Below, one piece after another: positions 9,410-18,973 of a stretch of DNA of 64,000 nucleotides. Origin of the DNA: Thermoleophilia bacterium (GTDB lineage Bacteria > Actinomycetota > Thermoleophilia > Solirubrobacterales > Solirubrobacteraceae); assembly GCA_046565905.1 (NCBI GenBank), contig JBKHXR010000048.1:7236-71235 (forward strand), in the 5' to 3' direction. The position numbers and the translations under genes were made by a program. Numbering within the stretch: the first letter of the stretch is position 1; every line of letters begins with the position of its first letter. Below the pieces are notes generated by a model, which was given only the letters and a program-made list of their open reading frames with translations, had not been told where the DNA came from and ran no database searches.

Positions 9410-10438
9410 TCAGGCGTCGCCGGTCGGCGCCCATTGCGCCTCGGCGAGGTCGCCGGCAGGCATGCCCTCCGGCGCCGGCACGCCGGGCGTGTCGCGCAGG
9501 TACCACTCGGCGTCGAGCGCCGCCTGGGTCCCCGAGCCGGCCGCGGTGGCGGCCTGGCGGTACGTGTGGTCGACGAGGTCGCCGGCGGCGAAGACGCCCG
9601 GCCTGCGCGTCCGCGTCGAGCGGCCCTCGGTGATGACGTAGCCCTCGTCGTCGAGATCGACCTGCCCGTCGACGAGATGCGACTGCGGCTCGTGGCCGAT
9701 CGCGATGAACGCGCCCGCGATCTCGACCTCCAGCTCCTCGTCGGTCTCGGTGTTGCGCAGCCGCGCGATCTCCAGCCCGCCGTTCTCGCCGGCATGGAAC
9801 TCCGCCACCGTGTACGGCGTCAGCCACTCGATGCTCTCGATCGAGCGCGCCCGCTCGAGCATGATCTTCGACGCGCGAAACTCGCTGCGGCGGTGAACGA
9901 CGACGACCTTCGACGCGAACTTCGAGAGGAAGATCGCCTCCTCCATGGCGCTGTCGCCGCCGCCGACGATCATCGTCGGCTTCTGCTTGAAGAACGCGGC
10001 GTCGCAGGTCGCGCAGTACGACACGCCGCGGCCGCTGAGCTCCTCCTCGCCGCGGACCTCGAGCTTCTTGTGCTCGGCGCCCATCGCGAGGATCACCGTG
10101 CGCGCGCGGTACTCGTCCTTGCCGACCCACACCTTGTGCACGCCCCCGGGCTCGTCGGCGAGCTCGACCTTCGACGCCTGGTCGGTGATGAAGCGCGTGC
10201 CGAAGCGCTCGGCCTGGTCACGGAAGCGCTGCATGAGCTCGGGCCCCTCGATCCCCTCGGGGAAGCCCGGGTAGTTCTCGACGTCGGTCGTCTGCTGCAG
10301 CAGGCCGCCCCAGAGGAACCCCTCGATCACCAGCGGGGTGAGGTTCGCGCGCGACGTGTACAGCGCCGCGGTGTAGCCCGCCGGCCCGGAGCCGACGATG
10401 ATGACGTTCTCGATGCTGTCAGGGCTGGGACTGGTCAC
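9410..10438 (-). CDS. trxB: thioredoxin-disulfide reductase
   Basis: FAD motif VGSGPAGYTAALY and redox-active CATCD. Start set at GTG 10438 (VTSPSPDSIENVIIVGSG). There is a short Pro/Ala-rich C-terminal tail. Confidence 0.9.
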   Translation of the reverse strand: MTSPSPDSIENVIIVGSGPAGYTAALYTSRANLTPLVIEGFLWGGLLQQTTDVENYPGFPEGIEGPELMQRFRDQAERFGTRFITDQASKVELADEPGGVHKVWVGKDEYRARTVILAMGAEHKKLEVRGEEELSGRGVSYCATCDAAFFKQKPTMIVGGGDSAMEEAIFLSKFASKVVVVHRRSEFRASKIMLERARSIESIEWLTPYTVAEFHAGENGGLEIARLRNTETDEELEVEIAGAFIAIGHEPQSHLVDGQVDLDDEGYVITEGRSTRTRRPGVFAAGDLVDHTYRQAATAAGSGTQAALDAEWYLRDTPGVPAPEGMPAGDLAEAQWAPTGDA

Positions 10439-10466
10439 TTCAGAAAGTGTAGTGCGATGCGGGCGA

Positions 10467-11606
10467 TCACGCCCTCGCGGTGGCCGGCAGCTCGGCATGC
10501 TTGAGCTCCTCGCGCCAGCGCGAGACCGTCCGCCGCAGCTGGAAGTAGGCGATCGCGCCGGGGATCGTCGGAAGCCAGAAGGTGAAGACCCGGTACGCGA
10601 GAACCGCCGAGACGACGAGCGGAAGCGGCACGCCGAAGGCCGCGAACGCGCCGATCATGCCGCCGTCGACGCCGCCGATGCCGCCCGGCAGCGGCAGCAG
10701 GTTCCCGAGGAAGCCGACGAAGTACCCCATGATCAGGACCGCCAGCGGCGGCGGGTCGCCGAACGCGTGAAAGCACGCCCACAGCACCGCGATGTTGAAC
10801 CCCCAGTAGGCGATCGCGCCGAGCAGCGCGGGGTCGCGCTCGCGAACGTGGGAGAGGGCCTCGCGGATGCCGGCCGAGAACGCCGCCGGCGCGTTGGCGA
10901 GCAGCTGCGCGATGCGCGCCAGCCTCCCGCCGCCGGCGGCAAAGCCCTCGAGGCGGCGCTGGAGGTCGGGCGGCACGCGCGACAGACCGAGGCCGGCCGT
11001 GATCACCGCCAGGCCGAAGAGCGCGGGGATGACCGTGATGCCGAATGGCCCGGGTCCGGGCAGCAGGTCCCAGTACAGGCCGAAGCCGCAGATGACGAGC
11101 GCCGCCATGTAGACGGCGTAGGTGAGGATGAGGAAGGCGAGCGTCTTGTCGGCGACCTTGCGCCGCGGCATCCCGGCGCGCCGCAGCGCCCACGCCGTCA
11201 GTGCGATGCCGCCCGCGCCACCCGCCGCGAACAGCCTCGTGGCGGCCAGCCCGGCCATCGTGATCTGGTAGCTCGCGCGCCAGTCGATCCGCGCCCCGGC
11301 GCGTGACCCGCCGCGCACGAAGACGCCCTGGAACATCATCACGTAGCCGCCGAAGGATCCCGCCGTGAAGAGCAGCGCGACGCCCAGCCAGATGCGGCTG
11401 CCCTCGCCGACCTGGCTGCCCTGCTCCTTGAGGTCTGCCAGCTGGGGCAGGACGAGATACAGGAAGGCGACCGCAGAGACGACGAAGAAGCCGCCGAGCA
11501 CGAGGCTGCGGCGCGTGACCTGTACGCGCGGCATCGCCTCGTCGAGGTCGTACTCCTCGAGAGGCTCCGGTGGGTCGACCTCCGGCGGCTGGTCTGTCGT
11601 GTCCAT
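10467..11606 (-). CDS. UPF0104 / lysylphosphatidylglycerol-synthase-TM-region (flippase-like) membrane protein, copy 1
   Basis: Multi-TM protein with the C-terminal LLPLPGGIGGVDGG motif typical of the family. It has an acidic N-terminal cytoplasmic tail. Start set at ATG 11606 (MDTTDQ). Confidence 0.7.
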   Translation of the reverse strand: MDTTDQPPEVDPPEPLEEYDLDEAMPRVQVTRRSLVLGGFFVVSAVAFLYLVLPQLADLKEQGSQVGEGSRIWLGVALLFTAGSFGGYVMMFQGVFVRGGSRAGARIDWRASYQITMAGLAATRLFAAGGAGGIALTAWALRRAGMPRRKVADKTLAFLILTYAVYMAALVICGFGLYWDLLPGPGPFGITVIPALFGLAVITAGLGLSRVPPDLQRRLEGFAAGGGRLARIAQLLANAPAAFSAGIREALSHVRERDPALLGAIAYWGFNIAVLWACFHAFGDPPPLAVLIMGYFVGFLGNLLPLPGGIGGVDGGMIGAFAAFGVPLPLVVSAVLAYRVFTFWLPTIPGAIAYFQLRRTVSRWREELKHAELPATARA

Positions 11607-11682
11607 CGTCCTCGCTTGCGCGCTGAGCACGCGCGAGTATAGGTACGGCGCCAGACCGTACGGAAGCGTTCGGCTGCGCGGC

Positions 11683-12408
11683 TCAGCGTACGCGCACGGC
11701 CGCATGCTCGACGAGCGCGCCGATCAGGCGGCTGGTCTCGTCGGCCTCCGGATGCCACTGGACGCCGAGCGCGAAGTGGTTGCCCGGAACCTCGATCGCC
11801 TCGGGCAGGTCGTCGACGACGGCCCACCCGGTCACGACGAGCCCCTCGCCGACACGGTCGACGCCCTGGTGATGGTGCGACTTCGTCGCGTGCAGCTCCT
11901 CGCCGGCCGCGCGCGCGGCCAGCGAGCCCGGCGCGAGGCGCACGTCGTGGTCGGCTCCCTCGAAGCTGCCGAGCACGCGACGATGCTCCTCGTGGCCGAC
12001 CAGGTCGGGCAGATGCTGGTGCAGCGTCCCGCCGCAGGCGACGTTGATCACCTGCATGCCGCGGCAGATGCCGAGCACGGGGATGTCGCGCTCCAGCGCC
12101 CGGCGCACGAGCGCGACCTCGAACGCGTCGCGCTCGGGCACGCTGCCGATCGTCAAGGGGTGCGGCTCGGCGCCGTAGATCGCCGGTTCGAGATCGGCGC
12201 CGCCGGCGAGCATGAGCCCGTCGATGCGGTCGAGCACCTCGTCGGGATCGTCCGTCAACACCGGATCGGGCGCGAGCAGGACCGACATCGCACCGGCGCG
12301 GGCGACGGCGTCGACGTAGTTGCGCGGCAGCAGGAAGGCGTCCAGCTCCCACGCGCCCCAGCGCGCGCGCTCCAGCGGAGTGCAGATGCCGATCACCGGA
12401 CGGGCCAT
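11683..12408 (-). CDS. class I glutamine amidotransferase, peptidase C26 (gamma-glutamyl-GABA hydrolase-like)
   Basis: GICRGMQ nucleophile elbow, HHQG and WHPE motifs. Start at MARPVIGI. Confidence 0.8.
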   Translation of the reverse strand: MARPVIGICTPLERARWGAWELDAFLLPRNYVDAVARAGAMSVLLAPDPVLTDDPDEVLDRIDGLMLAGGADLEPAIYGAEPHPLTIGSVPERDAFEVALVRRALERDIPVLGICRGMQVINVACGGTLHQHLPDLVGHEEHRRVLGSFEGADHDVRLAPGSLAARAAGEELHATKSHHHQGVDRVGEGLVVTGWAVVDDLPEAIEVPGNHFALGVQWHPEADETSRLIGALVEHAAVRVR

Positions 12409-12448
12409 GGCCTGCAAGGTAATACAACGCTGTACTAGCTTCTGCCCC

Positions 12449-13243
12449 ATGTACGAGACCGTCGAGCTCGAGCGCCGCGGAAGCGGCGCGATCATCCGCC
12501 TGAACCGCCCGGACGCGCTCAACGCGTGGAACCACCAGCTCGGCGTCGAGCTGCTCGACGCCGTCCGCAGCGCCGCCGACGACGACGACGTGCGGGCCGT
12601 CTGCGTGACCGGCAGCGGCCGCGCGTTCTCGTCCGGCGCCGACCTGCGCGACCTGACGTCGCGGGGGCTGACCGCCGACGGGCAGATCGACGTGCAGACG
12701 ACGCTCACGACGCTCTACCACCCGATCCTCACGACGCTGCGGCGGATGCCCAAGCCCGTCGTCGCGGCGATCAACGGCCCCGCCGTCGGGATCGGCTGCT
12801 CGCTGGCGCTGACCTGCGACCTGCTCGTCGCCGCCGAGTCGGCATACATGCTGCTGGCGTTCGTGAACATCGGTCTCGTGCCCGACGGCGGCGCGCTGGC
12901 GCTCCTGTCCTCGCGCGTGGGCGCCGGGCGCGCGACACAGATGGCGATGCTCGGCGAGCGCGTCCCGGCGTCCGATCTGCGCCGCTGGGGTCTCGTCAAC
13001 GAGGTCCTTCCCGACCACGAGTTCGAGGACTTCGTGCTCGCCACGCTGGACCGGCTCGCGGACGGCCCGACGCTGTCCTACGCCGGGACCAAGCGACAGA
13101 TGAACCAGTGGATGTACGCCAACCTCGACGAGCAGCTCGAGCTCGAGGCGCGCATCCAGCAGGAGATGGCGCAGTCGGCGGACTTCCGCGAAGGGGTCAC
13201 CGCGTTTCTCGAGAAGCGCGCCCCGAAGTTCTCCGGTGGATGA
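12449..13243 (+). CDS. enoyl-CoA hydratase/isomerase (crotonase) family protein
   Basis: 264 aa with crotonase motifs (VTGSGRAFSSGADL, AAINGPAVGIGCSLAL). Confidence 0.85.
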   Translation: MYETVELERRGSGAIIRLNRPDALNAWNHQLGVELLDAVRSAADDDDVRAVCVTGSGRAFSSGADLRDLTSRGLTADGQIDVQTTLTTLYHPILTTLRRMPKPVVAAINGPAVGIGCSLALTCDLLVAAESAYMLLAFVNIGLVPDGGALALLSSRVGAGRATQMAMLGERVPASDLRRWGLVNEVLPDHEFEDFVLATLDRLADGPTLSYAGTKRQMNQWMYANLDEQLELEARIQQEMAQSADFREGVTAFLEKRAPKFSGG

Positions 13244-13289
13244 GCCGTCCCGTCGTGGGTAACACGGGGCCCCAGGCCTGCTGCGCGCC

Positions 13290-14297
13290 ATGGGGAAAGC
13301 AGATCGCCTCCGCATGAATAGAATGCCCGCCGCCTTGGCTCCCGCCCCGCTCCGAACCCGCCGCCGCATCTTCGCGCTCACGCTCATCGCGGCGCTGATG
13401 GCCCTGCTCGCGCTCGCAACCGGCGCTTCGGCGGACTTCTGGACGCCCGAGTCCGGCGGCGGATCTGCGAACGCGGAGAGCATCGACACGCTGTACAAGC
13501 TGATCCTCGCCGTCGCCGCCGTCGTCTTCTTCGGCGTCGAGGGCGCGCTGCTGTACTCGCTGATCAGGTTCCGCGCCCGCAAGGACGCCGTGCCGGCGCA
13601 GATCCGCGGCAACACGCGCCTGGAGATCGGCTGGACGCTGGGCGCCGCGGGCATCCTCGTCATCCTCGCCGTCGTCACGTTCGTGATGCTCGACGACATC
13701 CGCAATCCGCCGAACTCCGACGCCGACGGCTTCCCGACGCAGCGGATCGCCAACGTGCAGAACGCGTCGGCCTACCAGCCGCGACCGCCGAACGGCAGGG
13801 CGCTGAGGATCGAGGTGAACGGCCAGCGCTACGTCTGGCGCTACACGTACCCCGACGACGACACGAACGTGCTCAACAACGTGTTCGAGTACAAGACGCT
13901 GTACGTCCCGACGAAGACGACCGTCACACTCGCGATCAAGGCGCAGGACGTCGCGCACTCGTGGTGGATCCCCGAGCTGGGCGGGAAGGCCGACGCCGTG
14001 CCGGGCCACACGAACTTCACGTGGTTCAAGATCGACCGTCCGGGCAGGTTCCGCGGCCAGTGCGCCGAGCTGTGCGGGCGCAACCACGCCGACATGCTCG
14101 CCGACGTCGTCGCGATCGAGCCCGACGCCTTCGAGACGTGGCTGGAGACCAAGAAGCGCGAGATCGACGCGAACAACAAGGCGGCGCAGGAGCGCCGTGA
14201 GCAGGAGGCGCGCGACGCCGCCCGGGGCGACAGCCCGGCGGAGGACGCCAACCCCGTCGAGCAGAGCCAGGACGCCGCGCAGGGCGAAGGATCCTAA
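13290..14297 (+). CDS. ctaC: cytochrome c oxidase subunit II (aa3-type, no cytochrome c domain)
   Basis: CuA site HSWWIPELGGK...CAELCGRNHADM, two N-terminal TM segments, and a charged C-terminal tail. The start could instead be the internal MNRMP. Confidence 0.85.
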   Translation: MGKADRLRMNRMPAALAPAPLRTRRRIFALTLIAALMALLALATGASADFWTPESGGGSANAESIDTLYKLILAVAAVVFFGVEGALLYSLIRFRARKDAVPAQIRGNTRLEIGWTLGAAGILVILAVVTFVMLDDIRNPPNSDADGFPTQRIANVQNASAYQPRPPNGRALRIEVNGQRYVWRYTYPDDDTNVLNNVFEYKTLYVPTKTTVTLAIKAQDVAHSWWIPELGGKADAVPGHTNFTWFKIDRPGRFRGQCAELCGRNHADMLADVVAIEPDAFETWLETKKREIDANNKAAQERREQEARDAARGDSPAEDANPVEQSQDAAQGEGS

Positions 14298-14303
14298 GGA
14301 GCT

Positions 14304-16010
14304 ATGGCAGCCACAGACACACCGGTTCTGGTCCCTGAGATCACGGCGGATCGCGTCGAGCGGGAGCCCCGCGGATGGGTGTCGTGGGTCACCACGACCG
14401 ACCACAAGAAGATCGGGATCCTCTACCTCGTCACGACGTTCGTCTTCTTCATCCTGGGCGGCGTCGAGGCGCTGCTCATGCGTGTGCAGCTCGGCACGCC
14501 GGACAACACGTTCCTGACGCCGGCGGTCTACAACTCGCTGTTCACGCTGCACGGCACGACGATGATCTTCCTGTTCGTCGTGCCGATCATGGCGGGCTTC
14601 GGCAACTACTTCCTGCCGCTGATGATCGGCGCGCGCGACATGGCGTTCCCGAAGCTCAACGCGCTGTCGTACTGGCTGCTGCTGTCGGGCGGCCTGGTCT
14701 TCTACGGCTCGCTGTTCTTCTCACCGCCGGAGGCCGGCTGGACGTCGTATGCGCCGTTGTCGGCGGAGGTCTTCTCCGAGACGGGCGGCATGGACGCGTG
14801 GATCTTCCTCGTCCACCTGACCGGCATCTCCTCGCTGCTGGGCGCGATCAACTTCTACGCCACGATCGCGAACATGCGCGCTCCCGGCATGGGCTGGGGC
14901 CGGCTGCCGCTGTTCGTCTGGACGCTGCTCGTGTACGCGATCCTGCTGATCCTCGCGCTGCCCGTCATCGCGGCCGCCGTCACGCTGCTGCTGACAGACC
15001 GCCACTTCGGGACCGGCTACTTCGACCAGGGCCAGGGCGGTGATCCGCTGCTGTGGCAGCACCTGTTCTGGTTCTTCGGCCACCCCGAGGTCTACATCAT
15101 GATCCTGCCCGGCTTCGGGATCATCTCCGAGGTCCTGCCCGTGTTCGCGCGCAAGCCGATCTTCGGCTACAAGGCGATCGCCGCCGCGACCGTCGTCATC
15201 GCGTTCCTCGCGATGCTCGTCTGGGCGCATCACATGTTCACCACGCCGAGCGCGACGATCGTGCTCGTCTTCTTCATGATCAGCTCGTTCCTGATCGCGA
15301 TCCCGACGGGCGTGAAGATCTTCAACTGGGTCGCCACGCTGTGGCGCGGCACCGTCGAGTTCAAGACGCCGCTGATCTTCAGCGTCGGCTTCATCTCCGT
15401 GTTCCTGATCGGCGGGATCACGGGCGTCTTCCTCGCCGTCTTCCCCGTCGACTGGCAGCTGCACGACACGTACTTCGTGGTCGCCCACCTGCACTACGTC
15501 CTCGTCGGCGGCGCGGTGTTCGCGATCTTCGCCGGGATCTACTACTGGTTTCCGAAGATCACCGGCAGGATGCTCAGCGAGTCGCTCGGCAAGTGGTCGT
15601 TCGCGCTGATGTACATCGGGATCAACGTGACCTTCATGATCCAGCACTCGATCGGCCTCGACGGGATGCCCCGGCGCATCTACGAGTACCCCGACATCGG
15701 CAACCTGGCGCTCTACAACATGATCTCCACGATCGGCTCGTTCATGCTGGGCATCGGCGTCATGGTGACGGTCTGGAACGTCGTGCGCTCGATGAAGAAG
15801 GGCGTCGTGGCCGGCCCCGATCCATGGAAGGGCAACACGCTCGAATGGTTCGTCGAGTCGCCGCCGCCGGTCAACAACTTCGACGTCATCCCGCGCGTGC
15901 GGTCCGTGGAGCCGATGAAGGACGTCCGCCGCCAGGTCGCGCGCCAGACGGAGCCCGACCTCAGCCCCGCTCCCGCGGGCTCGGTAGCGGCCGGCTCGGC
16001 GGCGGACTAG
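14304..16010 (+). CDS. ctaD: cytochrome c oxidase subunit I, A1-type
   Basis: 568 aa. Helix VI motif FWFFGHPEVYIMILPGFG (A1 signature GHPEV) and haem/CuB His ligands in WAHHMF. Confidence 0.95.
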   Translation: MAATDTPVLVPEITADRVEREPRGWVSWVTTTDHKKIGILYLVTTFVFFILGGVEALLMRVQLGTPDNTFLTPAVYNSLFTLHGTTMIFLFVVPIMAGFGNYFLPLMIGARDMAFPKLNALSYWLLLSGGLVFYGSLFFSPPEAGWTSYAPLSAEVFSETGGMDAWIFLVHLTGISSLLGAINFYATIANMRAPGMGWGRLPLFVWTLLVYAILLILALPVIAAAVTLLLTDRHFGTGYFDQGQGGDPLLWQHLFWFFGHPEVYIMILPGFGIISEVLPVFARKPIFGYKAIAAATVVIAFLAMLVWAHHMFTTPSATIVLVFFMISSFLIAIPTGVKIFNWVATLWRGTVEFKTPLIFSVGFISVFLIGGITGVFLAVFPVDWQLHDTYFVVAHLHYVLVGGAVFAIFAGIYYWFPKITGRMLSESLGKWSFALMYIGINVTFMIQHSIGLDGMPRRIYEYPDIGNLALYNMISTIGSFMLGIGVMVTVWNVVRSMKKGVVAGPDPWKGNTLEWFVESPPPVNNFDVIPRVRSVEPMKDVRRQVARQTEPDLSPAPAGSVAAGSAAD

Positions 16011-16903
16011 TGGCCTCGCAGGCAGTCCTCGCTCCCGTCCAGGCGGGTGTCCGTCAGGTCGTCGGCGACTACGTCGCGCTGACGAAGCCGAAGGTGCAGT
16101 CGCTGCTGCTGCTGACGACCGTCTGCACGATGCAGATCGCCGGCGACCCGTCCATCGGCCTGATCGCGCTGACGGTGATCGGCGGGTACCTGTCGGCGGG
16201 CGGCGCCGGCGCCGTCAACCACTGGTATGACCGCGACATCGACGGGCTGATGGCGCGCACCGCCAACCGGCCGGTGCCGTCCGGGCGCGTCTCGCCGGGC
16301 GCCGCGCTCGTCTACGGCTGCGTGCTCGCGCTGGCGTCGTTCGTGCTGCTGGCGACGACGGTCAACCTGCTGGCGGCCACGCTGGCGTTCTCGGGCTTTT
16401 TGGGCTACGTGTTCGTCTACACCGTCTGGCTCAAGCGGCGCACGCCGCAGAACATCGTCATCGGCGGCGCGGCCGGCGCGGTGCCACCGCTCGTCGGCTG
16501 GGCGGCGGTCACCGGCGGGCTCGGCGGGATGCCGCTGTATCTGTTCGCGATCGTCTTCTTCTGGACGCCGCCGCACTTCTGGGCGCTCTCGCTGCTCATG
16601 AAGGAGGAGTACCGGCGCGTCGGCGTGCCGATGCTGCCCGTCGTCCGCGGCGAGGCCGAGACCCGCAAGCAGATCCTGCTCTACAGCGTGCTGCTGTGGG
16701 CGGTCACCCAGCTGCCCTTCTGCGCCGGCGGCCTGGGCACGACCTACCTTGTCTCGTCGCTCGTGCTGGGCGGCATGTTCATCGCCGGTGCGGCCGTCCT
16801 GTACCGCCGCGCCGATCGCCGCAGCGCGCTGCGGCTGTACCTCTTCTCGCTGGCGTACCTCGCGCTGCTGTTCGGCGCGATGGTGCTCGACGTCAAGCTC
16901 TAG
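16010..16903 (+). CDS. ctaB: protohaem IX farnesyltransferase (haem O synthase)
   Basis: UbiA-type motif NHWYDRDID plus FFWTPPHFWAL. The GTG start overlaps the ctaD stop (TAGTG). Confidence 0.9.
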   Translation: MASQAVLAPVQAGVRQVVGDYVALTKPKVQSLLLLTTVCTMQIAGDPSIGLIALTVIGGYLSAGGAGAVNHWYDRDIDGLMARTANRPVPSGRVSPGAALVYGCVLALASFVLLATTVNLLAATLAFSGFLGYVFVYTVWLKRRTPQNIVIGGAAGAVPPLVGWAAVTGGLGGMPLYLFAIVFFWTPPHFWALSLLMKEEYRRVGVPMLPVVRGEAETRKQILLYSVLLWAVTQLPFCAGGLGTTYLVSSLVLGGMFIAGAAVLYRRADRRSALRLYLFSLAYLALLFGAMVLDVKL

Positions 16904-16915
16904 ACTCCGCCCCGC

Positions 16916-17026
16916 ATGGACCAGAAACTCGCTCGCAAGAACCTCCGCTCCGGCCTGCTGGCCGCCGCGATCATCTTCTTCATGTTCGGCATGACGTTCG
17001 TCGCCTCGGCGATCTACGTCTCCTAG
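16916..17026 (+). CDS. 36-aa single-TM micro-protein inside the oxidase operon (not in the ORF track)
   Basis: ATG..TAG translates to MDQKLARKNLRSGLLAAAIIFFMFGMTFVASAIYVS. GC3 is near 100%. It lies 12 nt after the ctaB stop and 7 nt before the next gene. Confidence 0.55.
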   Translation: MDQKLARKNLRSGLLAAAIIFFMFGMTFVASAIYVS

Positions 17027-17033
17027 GACGCCG

Positions 17034-17267
17034 GTGAGCGCGCTCGAGCCCGATACGCCCCCGCCCGGTGAGCACATCCACCTCCCCGGCCCGAGTCTGC
17101 AGCCGATCCTGGTGGCGCTCGGCATCACGATCACGCTGCTCGGCGTGACGCTCGGGATCTTCCTGCTCGTCTGCGGGCTTCTGCTGACGACGATCACGAT
17201 CGTGCGCTGGGTCGCCGACACCCGGCGCGAGATGCGCGCACTGCCCGAGGAGCTCGACGAGCACTGA
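17034..17267 (+). CDS. small two-TM membrane protein, putative oxidase subunit IV-like
   Basis: 77 aa with HLPGPSLQPILVALG followed by hydrophobic helices. The position at the end of the aa3 operon supports the call, but the family assignment was made by eye only. Confidence 0.5.
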   Translation: MSALEPDTPPPGEHIHLPGPSLQPILVALGITITLLGVTLGIFLLVCGLLLTTITIVRWVADTRREMRALPEELDEH

Positions 17268-17377
17268 CGCGCCGGGCGCGGCGCGGCGCGGTAGACCTGA
17301 CAAACTCTCGACAACGAGCGCCGACGCGCCAAGATGAGGCATCTCGCTCATCCCCCCGAGGGTAAGACGGCGTAACA

Positions 17378-17779
17378 GTGACCATGGAAATCCCGATCCA
17401 ACGTCCCGCCACGGTCCGTCACCGGACGAGCCTGTTCCGCGATGCCGTCGCAATCGTGGAGCTGGAGTACGGCTCCGATCTGTCGCTCGACGAGATCGCC
17501 AGGCGCGTCGCCTCGTCGCGACGCCAGCTGCAACGCTCGTACGCCGAGATCGGCGACACGACGTTCCGCGAGCACCTCACCGCCGTGCGCATGGAGCGCG
17601 CCGCCGAGCTGCTCGCGACCCGCGGGCTGACCGTGCGCGAGGTCGCGCAGCGCGTCGGCTACCGGCAGCCCGCCCAGTTCGCCAAGGCGTTTCGCCGCCA
17701 CCACGGGCTCGCGCCCTCCGCCTTTCGCGACACGCGCCGGTTCCGCGCCGCCCCAGCGGTCGCTCCCGTCGCCGCCTGA
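17378..17779 (+). CDS. stand-alone AraC-type HTH regulator (MarA/SoxS-like size)
   Basis: 133 aa. It has the double HTH (LSLDEIARRVASSRRQLQRSY ... LTVREVAQRVGYRQPAQFAKAFRRHHGLAPSAFR) and no ligand-binding domain. Confidence 0.8.
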   Translation: MTMEIPIQRPATVRHRTSLFRDAVAIVELEYGSDLSLDEIARRVASSRRQLQRSYAEIGDTTFREHLTAVRMERAAELLATRGLTVREVAQRVGYRQPAQFAKAFRRHHGLAPSAFRDTRRFRAAPAVAPVAA

Positions 17780-17885
17780 TCCACTCCTGCGGACCGGCTC
17801 CGGCGGCGGTCCCGCAGCCGGCGCCGAGCGCCACCGCGCCGGGCGCCGCGGTACCTGATCGCGTTCGTCGCGCGCACCACATAGG

Positions 17886-18947
17886 ATGCCGGGCCGCATG
17901 AACCGGGAACGAGGCCGCGACGAGAAGACGCCCGTGCTGTGGATGGTCGTCCACGGCGTGATCGCATCCGCCGTCGGGATCGGCGTCGGCCTGGCGATCG
18001 AGTGGTTCCCCGAGCCCGCCTCCACCCAGGCGGGGCCGATCGACCGCCTCTACGACATCCTCATCTGGGCGTCGGTGCCGGTGTTCGTGACGGTCTCGAT
18101 CATCGTGCTGTTCAGCGTCCGCAACTTCAAGATGCGTCCGGGCGAGGAGCAGCTCGACGGACCGCCGATCCACGGCAACACGCGGCTGGAGGTCATCTGG
18201 ACGGCGATCCCGGCCGTCGTGCTCGTGGTCCTGTGCGCGTATGCGTGGGTCGTGCTCGTCGACATCGAGGAGGCGCGGGCGGACGAGATGCGGATCGACG
18301 TCGTCGGTCAGCAGTTCGCCTGGACCTTCGAGTACCCGCAGCCCGGCGGCGAGCCGATCAGGTCGACGGAGCTCTACCTGCCCGTCGATCGCCCCGTGCG
18401 CTTCCACGTCAGGGCCCTGGACGTCATCCACGACTTCTGGGTACCTGCGTTTCGCATGAAGATCGATGCGGTGCCGGGCATCGAGACGCGCTATCGCGTG
18501 ACGCCGAACAAGCTCGGCATCTTTCCCGTCGTCTGTGCCGAGCTCTGCGGGCTCGGGCACGCCGTGATGCGCTCCACGACGCGCGTAGTGCCCGAGGACG
18601 CATTCAACGAGTGGCTCGCCGAGCAGAAGGCGCCCGCCGCGGCGGCGGGCGCCGGCGCTCAGCCCGACGGCAAGCAGCTCTTCACCGAGGGCAAGGGAGC
18701 CGCAACGGCGTGCAGCGCCTGTCACACGCTCGCCGACGCGGGCTCGCAGAGCCAGACCGGGCCCGATCTGGACGAGAGCCTCGCGGGCAGGGACGAGGCG
18801 TTCATCAGGCAGTCGATCGTCGCGCCCGACGCCGAGATCGCAGAGGGCTTCCAGCAGGGGATCATGCCGAAGAACTACGGCGATACTCTCTCCGACGAGG
18901 AGCTCGACGCCCTCGTGACGTATCTCGGCGAGGTGGCCGGCCAGTGA
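17886..18947 (+). CDS. ctaC: cytochrome c oxidase subunit II fused to a cytochrome c domain (caa3-type)
   Basis: CuA site CAELCGLGHAVM plus a C-terminal haem c site CSACHTL with the Met ligand region GIMPKNYG. Confidence 0.9.
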   Translation: MPGRMNRERGRDEKTPVLWMVVHGVIASAVGIGVGLAIEWFPEPASTQAGPIDRLYDILIWASVPVFVTVSIIVLFSVRNFKMRPGEEQLDGPPIHGNTRLEVIWTAIPAVVLVVLCAYAWVVLVDIEEARADEMRIDVVGQQFAWTFEYPQPGGEPIRSTELYLPVDRPVRFHVRALDVIHDFWVPAFRMKIDAVPGIETRYRVTPNKLGIFPVVCAELCGLGHAVMRSTTRVVPEDAFNEWLAEQKAPAAAAGAGAQPDGKQLFTEGKGAATACSACHTLADAGSQSQTGPDLDESLAGRDEAFIRQSIVAPDAEIAEGFQQGIMPKNYGDTLSDEELDALVTYLGEVAGQ

Positions 18948-18973
18948 GCACCACGATGGAAAGGATGCGCTAG

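Noticed and set aside
12409-12448. AT-enriched divergent intergenic region with TACAACGCTGTA between the amidotransferase and enoyl-CoA hydratase genes, considered as a possible operator.
   Set aside because: Only 4+4 bases are truly palindromic (TACA/TGTA), the inner positions mismatch, and there is no adjacent regulator gene. The evidence is insufficient.
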